Shown piece after piece: positions 1-13,569 of a stretch of 64,000 bases of DNA. The translations under genes and the position numbers were made by a program. Within the stretch, counting starts at the first letter, position 1. The number at the start of each line of letters is the position of its first letter. The notes under the pieces are model-generated. The model saw only the letters and a list, made by a program, of their open reading frames with translations. It did no database searches and was not told the DNA's origin. Location: assembly GCA_951406725.2 (NCBI GenBank), contig OX597820.1, forward strand, positions 65,348,001 through 65,412,000, in the 5' to 3' direction. This DNA is from Octopus vulgaris (Eukaryota).

Positions 1-585
1 CAACAGTGAAAGGGTCCGCCTGGGAAACGAAGCTGACTCACTATTGAAAAAATTCAGTAAACGTAATACTAGGCTATCAATACAATTTAGCACCCACGCA
101 TTTGAGAGCTTGCAGCTTACGCTGTCGACATTACGTATACACACGGAACAAAACTCTATGAGATATCAAACGGAATTTGTAGGTCCAAATACATATAGGC
201 TATACACATCAATACATACATACATACATACAAACATTTATCCATATATACTAAACGTACATAATACTTGCACATACAGACATGCATACATACGTATGCA
301 TGTATACATAGGCGTGCTTTTAATCTAGGGAAGATCATTTGTATCCATTTGGACACCTGCGTGAAACCATAGCATTAATCTAATTATATCGTTAACTACA
401 CACGTTTACATACGCACACGCAGAACACAAATCCCCTTCTTTCTTGCGCACACACAGATACACAAAGGTACACACGTATGTATTCGTATGTGTGAGTGTA
501 TACATACATCTCTCTCTCTCTACATATATATACACATCCATACAGAAGCAAACGTTTGCGTGTCGATGCACTTCCATGTGCATAT

Positions 586-587
586 CG

Positions 588-618
<31 letters not shown>

Positions 619-900
619 TCTTGTGTGCGTCTATGTATATTTGTGCGTATATATATGTATATGTATATATGTAGGTATATATGTATATATATATATGTAT
701 ATATATATATGTATGTATGGATGGATGTATGTATATATGTATATATATATATATACATATATATTCGTATATATATATTTACATATATATACATATATAT
801 TTGTATATATATATTTACATATATATACGTATATTTATATACATATATGTATACATATATATATATGTATACATATATATATGTATACATATATATATGT

Positions 901-955
<55 letters not shown>
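586..955. repeat. Compound (TG)n/(TA)n microsatellite (representative of dozens in the window)
   Basis: Direct inspection. Confidence 0.95.
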
Positions 956-958
<3 letters not shown>

Positions 959-1783
959 GCATGGGCTTTGTATATCTACGATTGTATAAGAAGACTTAGT
1001 GTGCGAATGTGAAGTGTAGAGCGATTAGAGTTGTTGAAGTTTATGATTGCTAGAATTACTCAACGAACGCTCTTCCTCATCTTGCCTGTTGTCTTGCTTC
1101 ATTTTGTTTTGTTTGTTGTAATTTTATTTCTTTTCTTTTTGAAATTTTCTTGATCCCGGTTGTAATGAAGTTGCTTTGCCGCCATCTTTGTTAAAGCTAG
1201 TGTCAAGGAGAATTGAAATATTAATGGCCAGCTCTGAAGTGAATATTTACTTAATATGGGGAAGAAAATTAATAGTTCAATGGCAGGATGGTCACGAAGT
1301 AAAGGTGTGATTTGAGAGAGTTAATGACTTTCACCTAATATGTTTCAAAAGGGGTTTAGAATGATGCATTGTAAAGTTAATTTATATGTGTCTGCAGAAA
1401 GAGCTGGTTTTGGCTTCCCTTTCCAACTTTCGATTAAGTGATGAGCGTTAGAAGTAAATCTGTTTAACCGCAGAATTTAATTTACTTTTCGTATGTATCT
1501 AGTTGCGTGCTTCTATCTATATATATGTATATATCTTTCTATGTGTACATTTGTGTCTGCGTATTTGTGTGGGTTTGCATATGGTACGTATGTGTGTGTG
1601 TGTGTGTGTATGCTCGCGCGCAAATGTGTGTGATGTTTCGAATACATGTCTTCTTGGAAGATTGCAGAATAGGTAAAGAATCAGAATATACGTTATGAAT
1701 ATAATGGTTACGTACTCTTAGTACTCTCTCTCTCACTCTTTCTCTCACACACATATATATATATATATTTATATATATATGTA

Positions 1784-1948
1784 GGCGCAGGCGTGGCTGT
1801 GTGATAAGAAGCTTGCTTCCCAATCACGTGGTTCCGGGTTTAGTCCCACTCCGTGGCAACTTGGGCATGTTTCTTCTTCTATAGCCTCGGGCCGACCAAA
1901 AACCTTGTGAGTGAATTTGGTAGTCAGAAACTGAAAGAAGCCAGTTGT

Positions 1949-2024
<76 letters not shown>

Positions 2025-2196
2025 CTTTGTGTCTGTGTTTGTCCCCCCACTACCATTGCTTCACAACCGATGTCGATGTGTTTACGTCCCCGTAGCCTAG
2101 CGGTTCGTCACAAGAGACCGATAAGTACAAGGCTTACAAAGTATAAGTCCTGGGCGGGATGGCGATTTGGTCAACTAAAATAAAAGAATAAAAGAA
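1784..2196 (+). mobile_element. tRNA-derived SINE family A with internal (CA)/(TA)/(TG) microsatellite; 3' sub-terminal deletion
   Basis: Head GGCGCAGGCGTGGCTGTGTG (A-box-like) and GGTTTAGTCCC (B-box-like); CORE-like CTTGGGCA motif; (TAAAAGAA) tail; matches many other copies in the window. Confidence 0.9.
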
Positions 2197-2547
2197 TATA
2201 TATATATATTCAGAGAGAGAGGGGGGAGAGATGGATGGATGGATGGATGGATGGATCGATCGATCGATGGACATGCCTAATTCTATACACTCACACGCAC
2301 TCCTGTGATTATGCGCAATCGAGCAGTACAGTACATACATTTCCCTTAACATAGTCTCGCGTGGAGAAAAACCTTTCAAGAAAAATTTCTAGAGCTGTGT
2401 ATATATATGACCAATCTTAATATATATATATATATATATATAAACATATATACGTGTGTGTGTGTGTGTGTTTGTATAGATGGATGTATATATACGTATG
2501 GCGTTTATTTTCCTCTGTCTTCCCTTCTGGATCTTTCCTTCTCCTAT

Positions 2548-2583
2548 GTTTTCGACGAAGAGTTCCGTTCGAAACGTTTAACC
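2548..2583 (+). ncRNA. Mutated minimal hammerhead-like motif
   Basis: GTTT-TCGACGA-A-GAGT-TCC-GTTC-GAAAC-GTT-TAAC; core CTGA altered. Confidence 0.35.
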
Positions 2584-2677
2584 CTCCTTCTTTCCTTCTT
2601 TCCTGAGCGTCCAATAATACTATATTTGTTCCACCTCCTCGCGTTGTTGTGTTATTTGTGCCTTCTTGTTTGGATTA

Positions 2678-2722
<45 letters not shown>

Positions 2723-3473
2723 GTACTTGTATGTTTGTGTATGTGTGTGTGTGTGCTCTATCTTTGTGTACATACATATATGTAAAGACATACAAACATA
2801 CACTCACACATATATTTCTAAATATCTGTGCGTGCCTGTCTATAACCAAAACCAAAATGAAGAATGATAACCAACATCATTTAAGCGGAACACTTGAAAA
2901 TTGCAAACGTTAACGCAATGGCATCCTTTCTGAAGTAATGTCTGTTTGTTAGAAACATATTTAAACCATTACCTGAGGAGGTGCATTTTATATTTCAGAT
3001 GGATCATAATGATTACAGAACTTCTCACCAATGCATTACGAGTGTATATATGCGCCGAAACAATTGTAGGGATTTTTAAATAAAGAATTATTTGGAACTC
3101 TTGTTCGGAATATTTTTCTGTTTCTCAGATCAGTGACTGTGTATCATTTTAAAATGTATATCTTTCGAGCAAGAGTTTAATGGCGCCATTTCTAGACGAG
3201 CAGTTATTCTGTGCTGATGAAATGAAATAACTCAGAAACCATTGGAACGCAGATATTGCTTTGAGCTGAGTGGGGACGCTAAACTCCCTTGTTCGAAAAT
3301 ATAAGAACGCAGATAGTGTGTCGTATAGTCAGCTGGAGACGATGCTTCCTGGGTCTAAATAACAGCAACAATCGTCCTAACCAGAACTGCCACATTATGA
3401 TGGCAAATAATCTCTCTGTCTTTCTCTCTCTCTCTCTTTATATATGTATTTTATGTATATATATATGTGTATG

Positions 3474-3518
<45 letters not shown>

Positions 3519-4185
3519 ATTACACACACATGTATATTAGTGTCTGTGTGCCTGAGTGAATTGGTTTGACTTTTATATACAAACAATACGAACATGTTTA
3601 TACACTTATGTAGATACACAAGACAGAAAAATTTCACATATACCTACACCCAATAAATATATGTGAATGTGTGTACATGTGTATATACATATCTAACATA
3701 TGTGAGAGTGATTGTGTATGTATATATATCCAGGTGTGAGTATATATATAGAGAGAGAGGCTCACTTCAAATGAGTGTATATGTGTATATCCAGGCTCAC
3801 TTCATATTCATATATCTTTGTCAATTTTACAGCCATTTCCCCATGCCAACTCTAACCACTAACCCCACCCCAGATACCCAAACATCTTTACCTCCCTTAC
3901 TCACATAAAATCACTTAAACTGCAAACACTTAAACACCGACCAACCAAAGAATTTGTTGTATATTGTTGTTTCTTTTTATTTCAGCATTTTTTTATCCGG
4001 TTTTATTTCTAATGCTACGAAAACTATTTTATTAATGTATTTCTGTGGCCTCTGCGTACGAGGTGTAAACCTACTTAGGCATGTGTGTGAGCGTGTCTGT
4101 GTGTTTCTCTATCAATCTGTGTCTATCTGTCAGTCTCGCGCTCTCTCCTTCTCTCTCACTTTCTCTCTCTTTTTCTCTGTGCTGA

Positions 4186-4220
<35 letters not shown>

Positions 4221-4233
4221 ATATATATATATA

Positions 4234-4653
4234 CTCTTACTCTCTCTTTTTACTCTTTTACTTGTTTCAGTCATTTGACTGCGGCCGTGCTGGAGCACCG
4301 CCTTTAGTCGAGCAAATCGGCCCAGGGACTTATTCTTTGTAAGCCCAGTACTTATTCTATCGGTCTCTTTTGCCGAACCGCAAAGTGACGGGGACATAAA
4401 CACACCAGCATCGGTTGTCAAGCAATGCTAGGGGGACAAACACAGACACACAAACAAATACACACACACATATATATATATATACATATATACGACGGGC
4501 TTCTTTCAGTTTCCGTCTACCAAATCCACTCACAAGGCATTGGTCATCCCGGGGCTATAGCAGAAGACACTTGCCCAAAATGCCACGCAGTGGGACTGAA
4601 CCCGGAACTATGTGGTTGGTTAGCAAGCTTCTTACCACACAGCCACTCCTGCG

Positions 4654-4655
<2 letters not shown>
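4234..4655 (-). mobile_element. SINE family A, full length
   Basis: Reverse complement of the family A consensus from GGCGCAGGAGTGGCTGTG to GACTGAAACAAGTAAAAGAG; flanked by (TA)n. Confidence 0.92.
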
Positions 4656-4692
<37 letters not shown>

Positions 4693-4807
4693 CTATCTGT
4701 GAATCTATCTGTCTATCTATTTATCTGTCTACCTATCTATCTGTCTATCTATCTGCCTATCTATCTACCTCTCTATCTACCTATCTATCTACCTCTCTAT
4801 CTACCTA

Positions 4808-4872
<65 letters not shown>

Positions 4873-5664
4873 TCTGTCTGTCTATCCCTCTATCTCCACG
4901 TCAGTAAATTTATGCTTGTGCATATGTATGTATTTATATGTCCATTTACATATGATCGCGCACCCTCCATATGTGTGTGTGCGCGATGTGTGTAAACACT
5001 CATATCCTCTAGTCTTTTAGCAAACGAAAGAAATTGCCATTCGAAGTTGTATGTGGTATTCAATAATGAGTTTACACACCTGTACATTACTTAATGTTTC
5101 CTGGGCATCGAACATGCCTCATCATCCAGTGCTGAAACTCAAGGTGCATAGAGTATTAAGACATTTTGAAATGGCTTCTATTTTCACGTATAGCTATTCT
5201 AAATTCCTTTTAAATTCACTCCGCTCTGACAGCAAACATGTGTTAATGTTGAATGACGTGATCTGCATACATGAAACTTTATGTAATGTGTATCTAAGTG
5301 AAACTAAGGCTTATGAACTACCTTAACGTTTAGTGTTGTTACGCTTTAAAGCGCATAAAAAAAAATGCCGGAGTTTATTTTTAACGTAAGTGACGGTGAA
5401 AGATGTCAGGCTCCAAATCTAGAGGCCAGTAGCCCGACACGGGTGTTACGCGCTCATCTAGTTGTCTAAAAGGCGATCTTGGCGTTACAGGCCAATTCTT
5501 GATTCACTTTTGCCCCAGGAAAAATGCAGCAGTGTCTGTGAAATGAGATGTGGCTTAATGTGCCCAAGGAGCAACTACAAGCTTTGCTCACTGCTCAGGT
5601 TTCTCGGGGAATGATTACTTCGTGTAACGCCAGCAGCCACACATAGAACCTCGACTTTGTCTAC

Positions 5665-5698
5665 TCTCTGATGAAGGTCATGAAACCGAAACGTTATA
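5665..5698 (+). ncRNA. Minimal hammerhead-ribozyme-like motif
   Basis: TCT-CTGATGA-A-GGT-CATGAA-ACC-GAAAC-GTT-ATA. Confidence 0.45.
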
Positions 5699-6059
5699 CA
5701 CTCCACTTCCCATGACCATTAAATCCACTCCATATTCCACGAACCTACCATTAGTAGTATCATATGTGGCTGCACAGCACAGTTATTTTAGTATTAGTAA
5801 TTGTACAAACATTATCATTAGCAGTTACTATTGACAGACATTAGTATTCGTGGTTGTTGATATACAACGGTATTTCACAGTTGCTGTGGTACGGGCAGTA
5901 GTTTCCCCGAAACAGTAGGAGTGGTATTCACAGTATATAAACATTACAGTGTTTGCTAGTTATTAACATAGCATTACATAGATTCATAAAGATATAATAC
6001 AACTGCAATATTAGCAGAAGTATAATACAGTAACAGCATTATTTGGCATTACTTTTACT

Positions 6060-6328
6060 ACTAGTAGGAGTAGTTGTAGCAGTAGCAGCAGTAGTAGTAG
6101 TAATGGCGGCGGCGGTGGTGGTGGGCATCGTGATGGAGGCGCCGGTGTTGACGACAGAGGCGGCAGTTGCACGGCAATGGCGCTGGAACAGTGGTGGTGG
6201 CAGTGGAGACGGCCGCAAGGGTGGTTGTGGTGGTAGTGTTGGTAGTAGTATTTCTTGTGGAACGTTCTGCGGAGGAAAACAATAGTAGTGCTTCCTAAGG
6301 TGGTATTATTTTTTATTATTATTATTAT

Positions 6329-6376
<48 letters not shown>

Positions 6377-6508
6377 CAGCAGTTGTGGTGATAGTAGTAG
6401 TACGAGTAGCAGTAGTAGTGGTGGTGGTATGGCGATGGTGGTAATAGTAGTAGTCATAATTTTTTAAGGCTGGTGATTGCAATGGCAATTATTGTTATTG
6501 TGGTGATG

Positions 6509-6572
<64 letters not shown>

Positions 6573-6607
6573 TAGTGGTAGTGGTGGTGGTGGTGGTGGT
6601 GGTGGTG

Positions 6608-6662
<55 letters not shown>

Positions 6663-6720
6663 AATTGCCAGCAGTAGTCGAAAAATTACTTAGTAGTAGT
6701 AGTAGTAGTAGTAGTAGTGT
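6060..6720. repeat. Compound trinucleotide repeats (TAG)n/(TGG)n/(ATT)n
   Basis: Direct inspection; source of the poly-V/S/T ORFs. Confidence 0.95.
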
Positions 6721-7024
6721 TAAAAGTCATTTCTCATCCGTCTGTTTTTCTGCTACCGCAGTCTGTCAACCTACTGACCCCACTTCAAAAGCCACAAACA
6801 CAACAAAACTTCTACTTTTTAGTCAGGTCAAGAGGCAAGATGAGTGTTAATTTCACATAAAATTTACACTGAGTTCAGATTAACATCACAAATACTTCGA
6901 TGGGGTTTCCAAATGTCAACACTTTATAGAAGAACTTATAAAGATAATTGTATTTTAGCAGGGGTTTTTTTTTGTTTTTTTTTTTTTGTTTTATTACTGT
7001 GTGCGTGTGTGTGTTCACCTCATG

Positions 7025-7080
<56 letters not shown>

Positions 7081-7449
7081 CGGTAATGATATTAATAATT
7101 GTGTAGGTGGCAGTCAAAACTCAATATTAGATTTATAGTCATTTTATCGACTCCGGAAGAATAAAAAATCAAAGCTTAATTCTATCGGCGTGATTTGAAC
7201 TCCAAACGTAAATCGCTGTAAATAAATACTGCATGACACCCCACTGTTTTTCTTATTATATTATGAATATATTATGAATAAAGACTTTTTTATTAGCACA
7301 AGAAAGCCAACAGGGAAATTACTAAGACAAAACGTAAAACTAGATGGGGTTTGGTGGGTATATGCGGTAAACTAGTGGTAGGGCAAGGAAAAGACCTTTT
7401 AGATTTGTGCATGGTACCGATTTGAAAGCTTCCCGGAAGGAAATTCTGT

Positions 7450-7845
7450 ATGGTAGACCCACTGTATGGTAGCTTGGGCAAACTTCTTGTAATACAGCGC
7501 CGAGACGATCAATGCATTAGGTATAAGGAAACTGTCTGTAAGTCCGTCGTGTACATGCACAGATACACATAGACACACACACGTACGCGCTCACAGACAC
7601 ACACACACACACACATACACGTAAGGTGTGGCTGGTTAGCAAGTTTCTAACCACGCACCCACACCTTATGTTTTGTGTCTATGTTTACATACCCGTAACT
7701 TAGCTGTTTGACAAAAGAGACTAGCAGAATGAGAACCAAGCTTTAAATAAATCGATGCACTCCACTAAAAAATTTTCAAGAAGTTGTCCCAGCATGGCTG
7801 CAGTGTAATGACTGCTACAAGGAAGAGATAGAAAGACCAAAAATG

Positions 7846-7912
<67 letters not shown>

Positions 7913-8145
7913 ACATAGATGTCTCTTTCTGTTTGTGTATCTCCTCCACTGCTTGACAACCGGTGGTATTTGATTACGTCACTTGGCGATTCGGTAGAAG
8001 TTACAGAATACGTACCAAACAATATAAAAAAACAAAAAAACAGGAAGTACTAGGGGTCGATTTGTTCGGCAAAACTCTTCACGGTTGTGCCCTAGTATGG
8101 CTGCAGTCCAAACACTGAAGCAAGGAATAGACAAAAGGTAAAAGA
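7450..8145 (+). mobile_element. Two old, diverged SINE family A remnants in tandem
   Basis: GCTTGGGCAAA..., CCCGTAACTTAGC, CCAGCATGGCTGCAGT..ATGACTG (to ~7836); second 3' half GCTTGACAACCG...GGGGTCGATTTG...TATGGCTGCAGTCC (7920-8145). Confidence 0.65.
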
Positions 8146-8664
8146 TATATCTGTGTCCAGAACGTCTCTCAGACCGTACAATCGGCTTTCTGAGATTCAA
8201 TACTTTTGATTATCCTAAGAATCCAGGATTCGAGTTGAACTCGAACTTTCTCCTAAAGATGTAATAACTAAGTCAATATATTCGAATAGCAAAATCTCTA
8301 CCGAGAAATGTTTTCAAATAAATTGAAAATATAAGCAAGTTCCCACCTACAACATGTATCTATGTATCTTAAAATTTCGTATCTTTTGAAAATCTGGCTG
8401 CTTCTTATATCAATTGTTTTTCTTAAATAAATTTCCAACAAATATTCAGCTGCTTTCAATCATCAGTCATGCTCATATACATATACATACGATGTGTGTG
8501 TGTGTGTGTGTGTGTGTGTTTATCTACGTATGTAGATACGGATAGAACAAGCATCAGACTTTTAAAAAATGCCGGGGCGGTGTGTTCAAATTCACTCTTC
8601 AAAGCGATTCCCCTCGACATAGCCAAGGCATAGACGCAGTTGTATGACTGAAAGAAGTTATACA

Positions 8665-8720
<56 letters not shown>

Positions 8721-8733
8721 CACACACACACGC

Positions 8734-8796
<63 letters not shown>

Positions 8797-8939
8797 TACA
8801 CACTCAGATGTATGGATATGTGTGTGTGCCCCAGAATAGCTGCAATCATATCACGGGGCCTTATTTTGCTGCTACGCCTATGCTGCAATTGTGGTGTTCG
8901 CGAATGAAAATATGTTTCTTGGCTACGTGAATAAGTAAG

Positions 8940-9627
8940 TGAACAACAACCTGGGACATTTAACATCAGGATTTGCTGTCGCATATAAAAACAATCTGCG
9001 TTGGCCTTTTACAATCAACAACAGTAATAATTATAGACTTGGAGAGAGATACTGCTCTGGAATTACAAATAACTATTGGAACGGCAACATGTGATTTTCC
9101 TAGCATATCTGAAATTATTTACGTTATCTTCATGGCGATGGAGTTTCTTGGTCATCTATCCTAGGCCATTTGTCTGGGACATCTGCTTAAGCCGTCTGAA
9201 TGGAGACACATGTAGCTAAGCTTCCTCAGCATTCTGCAAAGCGTGTAGGTGAGAAAATTGGCTGTTTTTTAGGGTACAAGAAGATTATAAAAGATTGAAT
9301 TATGCTACGGCTTGACGCTGATTGTTTGCTTAATAGATCGATCACGTGAAACTATTGTGGTTCGTTCGGGATGTCTGCATATGTAACTTGTGATTCAGAG
9401 AAGCAACGCGAGCCAGGTAGTAATAAATTACGGAATCAGTGACGTATTCTCTATCACTATCCTACCTATTACGGAATTTCCTCCATCAGTCTATTCCGGT
9501 GGAAGTTTTGAGTTTCTGCTCGCAAACAAGTTCATCCGAACAACTGGACCGAATCAAAGCGTTTAACCTGATTCTTGGTCCTGTCTCAGATACTGACGAG
9601 TTTGAATTTGCCCAAAGTTATGTTTAA
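8940..9627 (+). mobile_element. Possible very old Gypsy integrase remnant
   Basis: Weak colinear motifs across frames: LRWP, EFLGHL, FGMSAYVTCDSEKQ, NWTE. Confidence 0.3.
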
Positions 9628-9870
9628 TTTGCAGTATATTATTCCTTGGTCAAACGCTTGGAACATAGGCCTGAAAATTAGACTATTTATATTAAATGCC
9701 CACAGTTATATTTATATCGAACTGTACATGGGTATAACAACTTAATTTTTATTTTTAAATGTTCCAAACTTTTGGCCACGACTGGATATTTATGTTTTTC
9801 CTCGTAACCAATCAGTAAGTCAAGTTTGTTTTTATATCTTATCGTCTATTTCCTTTTTTAAATCGTCTAT

Positions 9871-10087
9871 ATTCTTTTTTCTGTAGGGAAAAGATTTGAA
9901 ATTTGCGGGGAGGGTCTCTAGTCGGTTATATCGACTTTCCTGTGCAACTAGTGCGTATTCTACCGACCTTGGAAGGATAAATGAAAAAGTTGACCTCGGT
10001 GGGATTTGAACTCAGAATGTAAAGAGCCGGAAGAAATACCGCTAAGCGTTTTTCCTGACATGCTAGCGATTCTACTAAGCCACCGCT
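9871..10087 (-). mobile_element. tRNA-derived SINE family B
   Basis: Reverse complement of the family B pattern: head, TTAGCGGTATTTC, GAGTTCAAATCCC (B box), GAGGTCAAC, TTCATTTATCCTT, GTCGAT, tail. Confidence 0.8.
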
Positions 10088-10635
10088 CTTTATACGACAT
10101 ATATACAATATATTACATCAATGATGGAGCCAATACGTCATAAATGGGAAAGTTGTTAACAATCAGAGACGAAGTACATAAGAATATGTGCCGAGAAATA
10201 TAATTAATGTTTAATTTTACGAATTCATAATTACGCACGCGATCGCATCAAGCAACTTTAATTAAAACGTTAAAATGCATTAATTAAGCACATAGTTGTA
10301 ATGATTTAAATGCCGAAATACCAAAGCTGCTACAGAGTCAAATATTTGAAATATAATTCTTACCTAAGCATCTTAATGAAGTTGGTTCTACCTAAGCACC
10401 GAATGAAGTTGGTTCTACTTTGTTTTGGAACTTTCGGTGATGTTATATATAGGATTAATGTTTTTTACAATTCTTTGTTCGTTTGCAAAATTATAAGGCC
10501 TAAATCACGGCTTCTCGGCTAAATTTAAAGTTGAGAAAAATTGTTCGCATCGATAAGAATGAAGCAATTTTTTTTAGTGGATGAGTCCACGAAAGTAGTT
10601 TTTTTTCTTCTTTTTTCAGTATCACAGATAAAGAT

Positions 10636-11034
10636 AACGCTGTATGGTTTTAGATGTTCACTTTGCAACCAGTATTTTCGGTTTCAGTCCCACTGCGCGG
10701 ATCCTTGAGAAAGTGTCTTCTTGTATAGCCCCTGATCGAACAGTACCTCGTGAATGAATTTAAAAAATGAAAACTGTGTGAGAGCCTGTTTTGTATACGC
10801 ATGTATATCTATATGTATATATCTGTTTTCATGTCTCTGTTTGTCCCCACACAGCTTGATAACTAGTGTTAATTTGTTTAAGTTCCAGTAACATAGCAGT
10901 TGAAAGAAATGTACAGAATACGTAGTACCAGACCTTAAAAAAAGTACTAAGATCTATCATATCCACTGAAACCCGCCAACGCGGAACTCCAGCCTGGCCG
11001 CAGTCCAATGACTAAAATAAAATGTAAAAGATAA
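10636..11034 (+). mobile_element. Diverged SINE family A
   Basis: TTCAGTCCCACTGCG..CCTTGAGAAAGTGTCTTC, GCTTGATAAC, CCAGCCTGGCCGCAGTCCAATGACT. Confidence 0.75.
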
Positions 11035-11269
11035 ACTCCTTAACAGATTCTAGTTGTAGTTCTACGAATGTAATTTTTTTGTTTGTTTATTTTGTTTACA
11101 GTTGTGCCATGAACTAGAGTAGAATAAAGTCAGAGCTCCTGATAATGGCTGAAATGCGAAGAATTAAACTGATTCAACTTTTGTAATTGTAAATTCCTTT
11201 ATGTAGTTAATGATATCCACCAAGTATTCCAAACCACGTAACCAACAAGCGAGCCTCCATGTAGTCATC

Positions 11270-11445
11270 AAGCATGCTAGAAATATCAGCTAAACATACC
11301 TGAAGTCACACTTTACGGTCTAAGAAATGGAAAGATCACATTGAATAATATGGTCACAGACACAACGTCTGGAATAAAAGATAAATTGGTTCTAGCTGGA
11401 ATTCCTTTGATCATAAGTTTGTTCGATCAAGACTGACTAAGCTTC
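11270..11445 (+). repeat. Old dispersed repeat family F (other degenerate copies near 14750-14930, 15350-15520, 16080-16270, 31100-31200, 48360-48640, 62420-62520, 63720-63990)
   Basis: Shared motifs GCTAGAAAT(A)GCAGC(T/C)AAA, TCACAC, GCTGGAAT(G)CCTTTGATCATAGG recurring in both orientations. Confidence 0.55.
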
Positions 11446-12030
11446 TACTACAACAACAACAACAACCACTTTTAGTTTCCGAAGTTCGAAACGGGAATGC
11501 CTTTAATATCGACGAGGAGATTCTTTTCATCTTATACTTCACAGGAGCCCTTGGCCAGTGAACAGCACAATAGTATAATAAATTACCGCATTCTACTTCA
11601 AGGTAACTTTAAAATTTCTATAAATTCTCTATTGCTCGATAACTTCATTTTGTGCAGAATAAATACTTTTCCATACCACTTTCATCAAATTGCTCATTCG
11701 CAGACACAGCACACAACCGTTTTGTTGAAGAAAATAAAGACACATTAGTAAAGTATTACTATTCTTTTGTGGGTTTAGGTTTGTTGGTTCTTTCCGAATT
11801 AAAGCGATAAGTTCTTCCCGAATTCCTATAATGTGTATTTTTTGTTTTGTTTTGTTTTGTTTTGTTTTGTTTTGTTTTTCTTTTATGCTGAGTAAAATCG
11901 AAATCTCTTTTGTTGACCTGACCTCAGAAAAAATATATCGTTACCCGCCTTCCTCAGTAGCACTGTGCAAACACATGTACATGAGTAAATCTCGTATCCT
12001 AAGTGCAACTATAACTATATATGCTGTATA

Positions 12031-13350
12031 CGAGGGGGTACCCAAAAGTAACCGGAAACATTCTTTGTGTGACAAACCCGTTATAGTTCAGTCTCCCGCC
12101 ATAATAAGTCACTTGATGCGACCCTCAGGCAACAGTATGCCGACTGACGTTGTTGAGTGTAGTTGTACAGCCACATGATGCGTATTTGTTTTGCAGTGCT
12201 TCTCCCCTATTCGTCGATTGTAACGATGTTTCAAACGAAGGAACAGCGTGCTTCCATGAAGTCCTGCTTTCTGCTGGGGAAAACGGCGGCCGAAACAGTT
12301 GTCATGATTCAAACTTCAAACAACTTACGAAGGACGCTTCCAGGAGGAAAACACAAGTTTACGAGTAGTTCTCATGCTTTACGAACGGTCACTTGTCGCA
12401 TGAAGACCAACCTCGTTCAAGACGATCGTCGACCTCACGAACGAATGAAAACATCATGGAAATTCATGAACTGATCATGGAGGACCGTCACCGAACAATT
12501 GACTAACTTGTTGATATGACTGGTGTATCTTGGAGCAAGGAATTTTTGAGCAAGGGGCACATTATTTATAGGCGCAAGAGTGGCTGTGTGATAAGTAGCT
12601 TGCTTACCAACTGCATGGTTCCGGGTTCAGTCCCACTGCGTGGCACCTTGGGCAAGTGTTTTCTACTATAGCCTCGGGCCGACCAAAGCCTTGTGAGTGG
12701 ATTTGGTAGACGGAAACTGAAAGAAGCCCGTCGTATATATGTATATATATATGTGTGTGTCTGTGTTTGTGTGTCTGTGTTTGTCCACCCCAACATCGCT
12801 TGACAATCGATAGTGGTGTGTTTACGTCCCCGTAAATTAGCGGTTCGGCAAAAGAGACTGATAGAATAAGTACTAGGTTTACAAAGAATAAGTCCTGGGG
12901 TGGATTTGCTGGAGTAATGGCGGTGCTCCAGCATGGCCGCAGTCGAATGACTGAAACAAGTAAAAGAGTAAGGAATTGCGAATGAAAATAATTGCAGCAA
13001 AATTCGTGCCACGCTTGCTCACGGAAGATCAAAAGCCGAATGCCTGTCGTGAACTGAAAAAACAGTTGGAAGTTGATCCGGACCGGGCCTTTTTTGAATG
13101 TCATCACTGGTGACGAAAGCTAGCGCTACGAAATTTTCATATGTGGAAATAGTGAAGAGAAAAACGCCTAAGGTGTTAAAAGGCATCAGTTCGCAAGAGT
13201 TCCAACACTGCTTCGAACAGTGCAAAACGCGTCTGGACCGATGCATTGATTCAAATGGAGAATACTCTGAAAGCGATAAAAGGTAAACGTGTAAAACTAA
13301 GTGATTAAAATAATATTGCAAAATTCCGGTTTCTTTTGGGTACTCCCTCG
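12031..13350 (+). mobile_element. Mariner (Tc1/mariner, irritans-like) transposon relic, internally deleted and SINE-interrupted
   Basis: 27-bp TIRs CGAGGGGGTACCCAAAAGTAACCGGAA / CGAGGGAGTACCCAAAAGAAACCGGAA with left TA; peptides MFQTKEQRASMKSCFLLGKTAAET, AAKFVPRLLTEDQK, ITGDE, C-terminal FQHCFEQ.KTRLDRCIDSNGEY. Confidence 0.92.
12571..12970 (+). mobile_element. SINE family A, full length, nested inside a mariner transposon
   Basis: Near-consensus copy; mariner transposase-like reading continues on both sides. Confidence 0.92.
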
Positions 13351-13569
13351 AATACTATATTTGCTAACTTATTTTACGAATGTAGAATAAAGCAAAATTC
13401 TTTGAACTGCTTGATATTTTGCTGTATACTTTGAAATTGGCAACCATATATCTTTATATTTTGACACGTCTTTTATACATTCACAAGCAACTGTCCTCTT
13501 CAATATACTAATATTCCTACATGTATTCCGAAGCGCTGCATTATGTAATTTCGGCCGTGTTTCGTGGTC

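Noticed and set aside
396-1012. Long ORFs rich in YI/VC/HT dipeptides (here and throughout)
   Set aside because: Translations of dinucleotide and tetranucleotide microsatellites, not genes
12566-13107. Recurring peptide RRASFSFRLPNPLTRLWSARGYSRRHLPK in many ORFs
   Set aside because: Antisense translation of SINE family A; it recurs because the DNA repeat recurs
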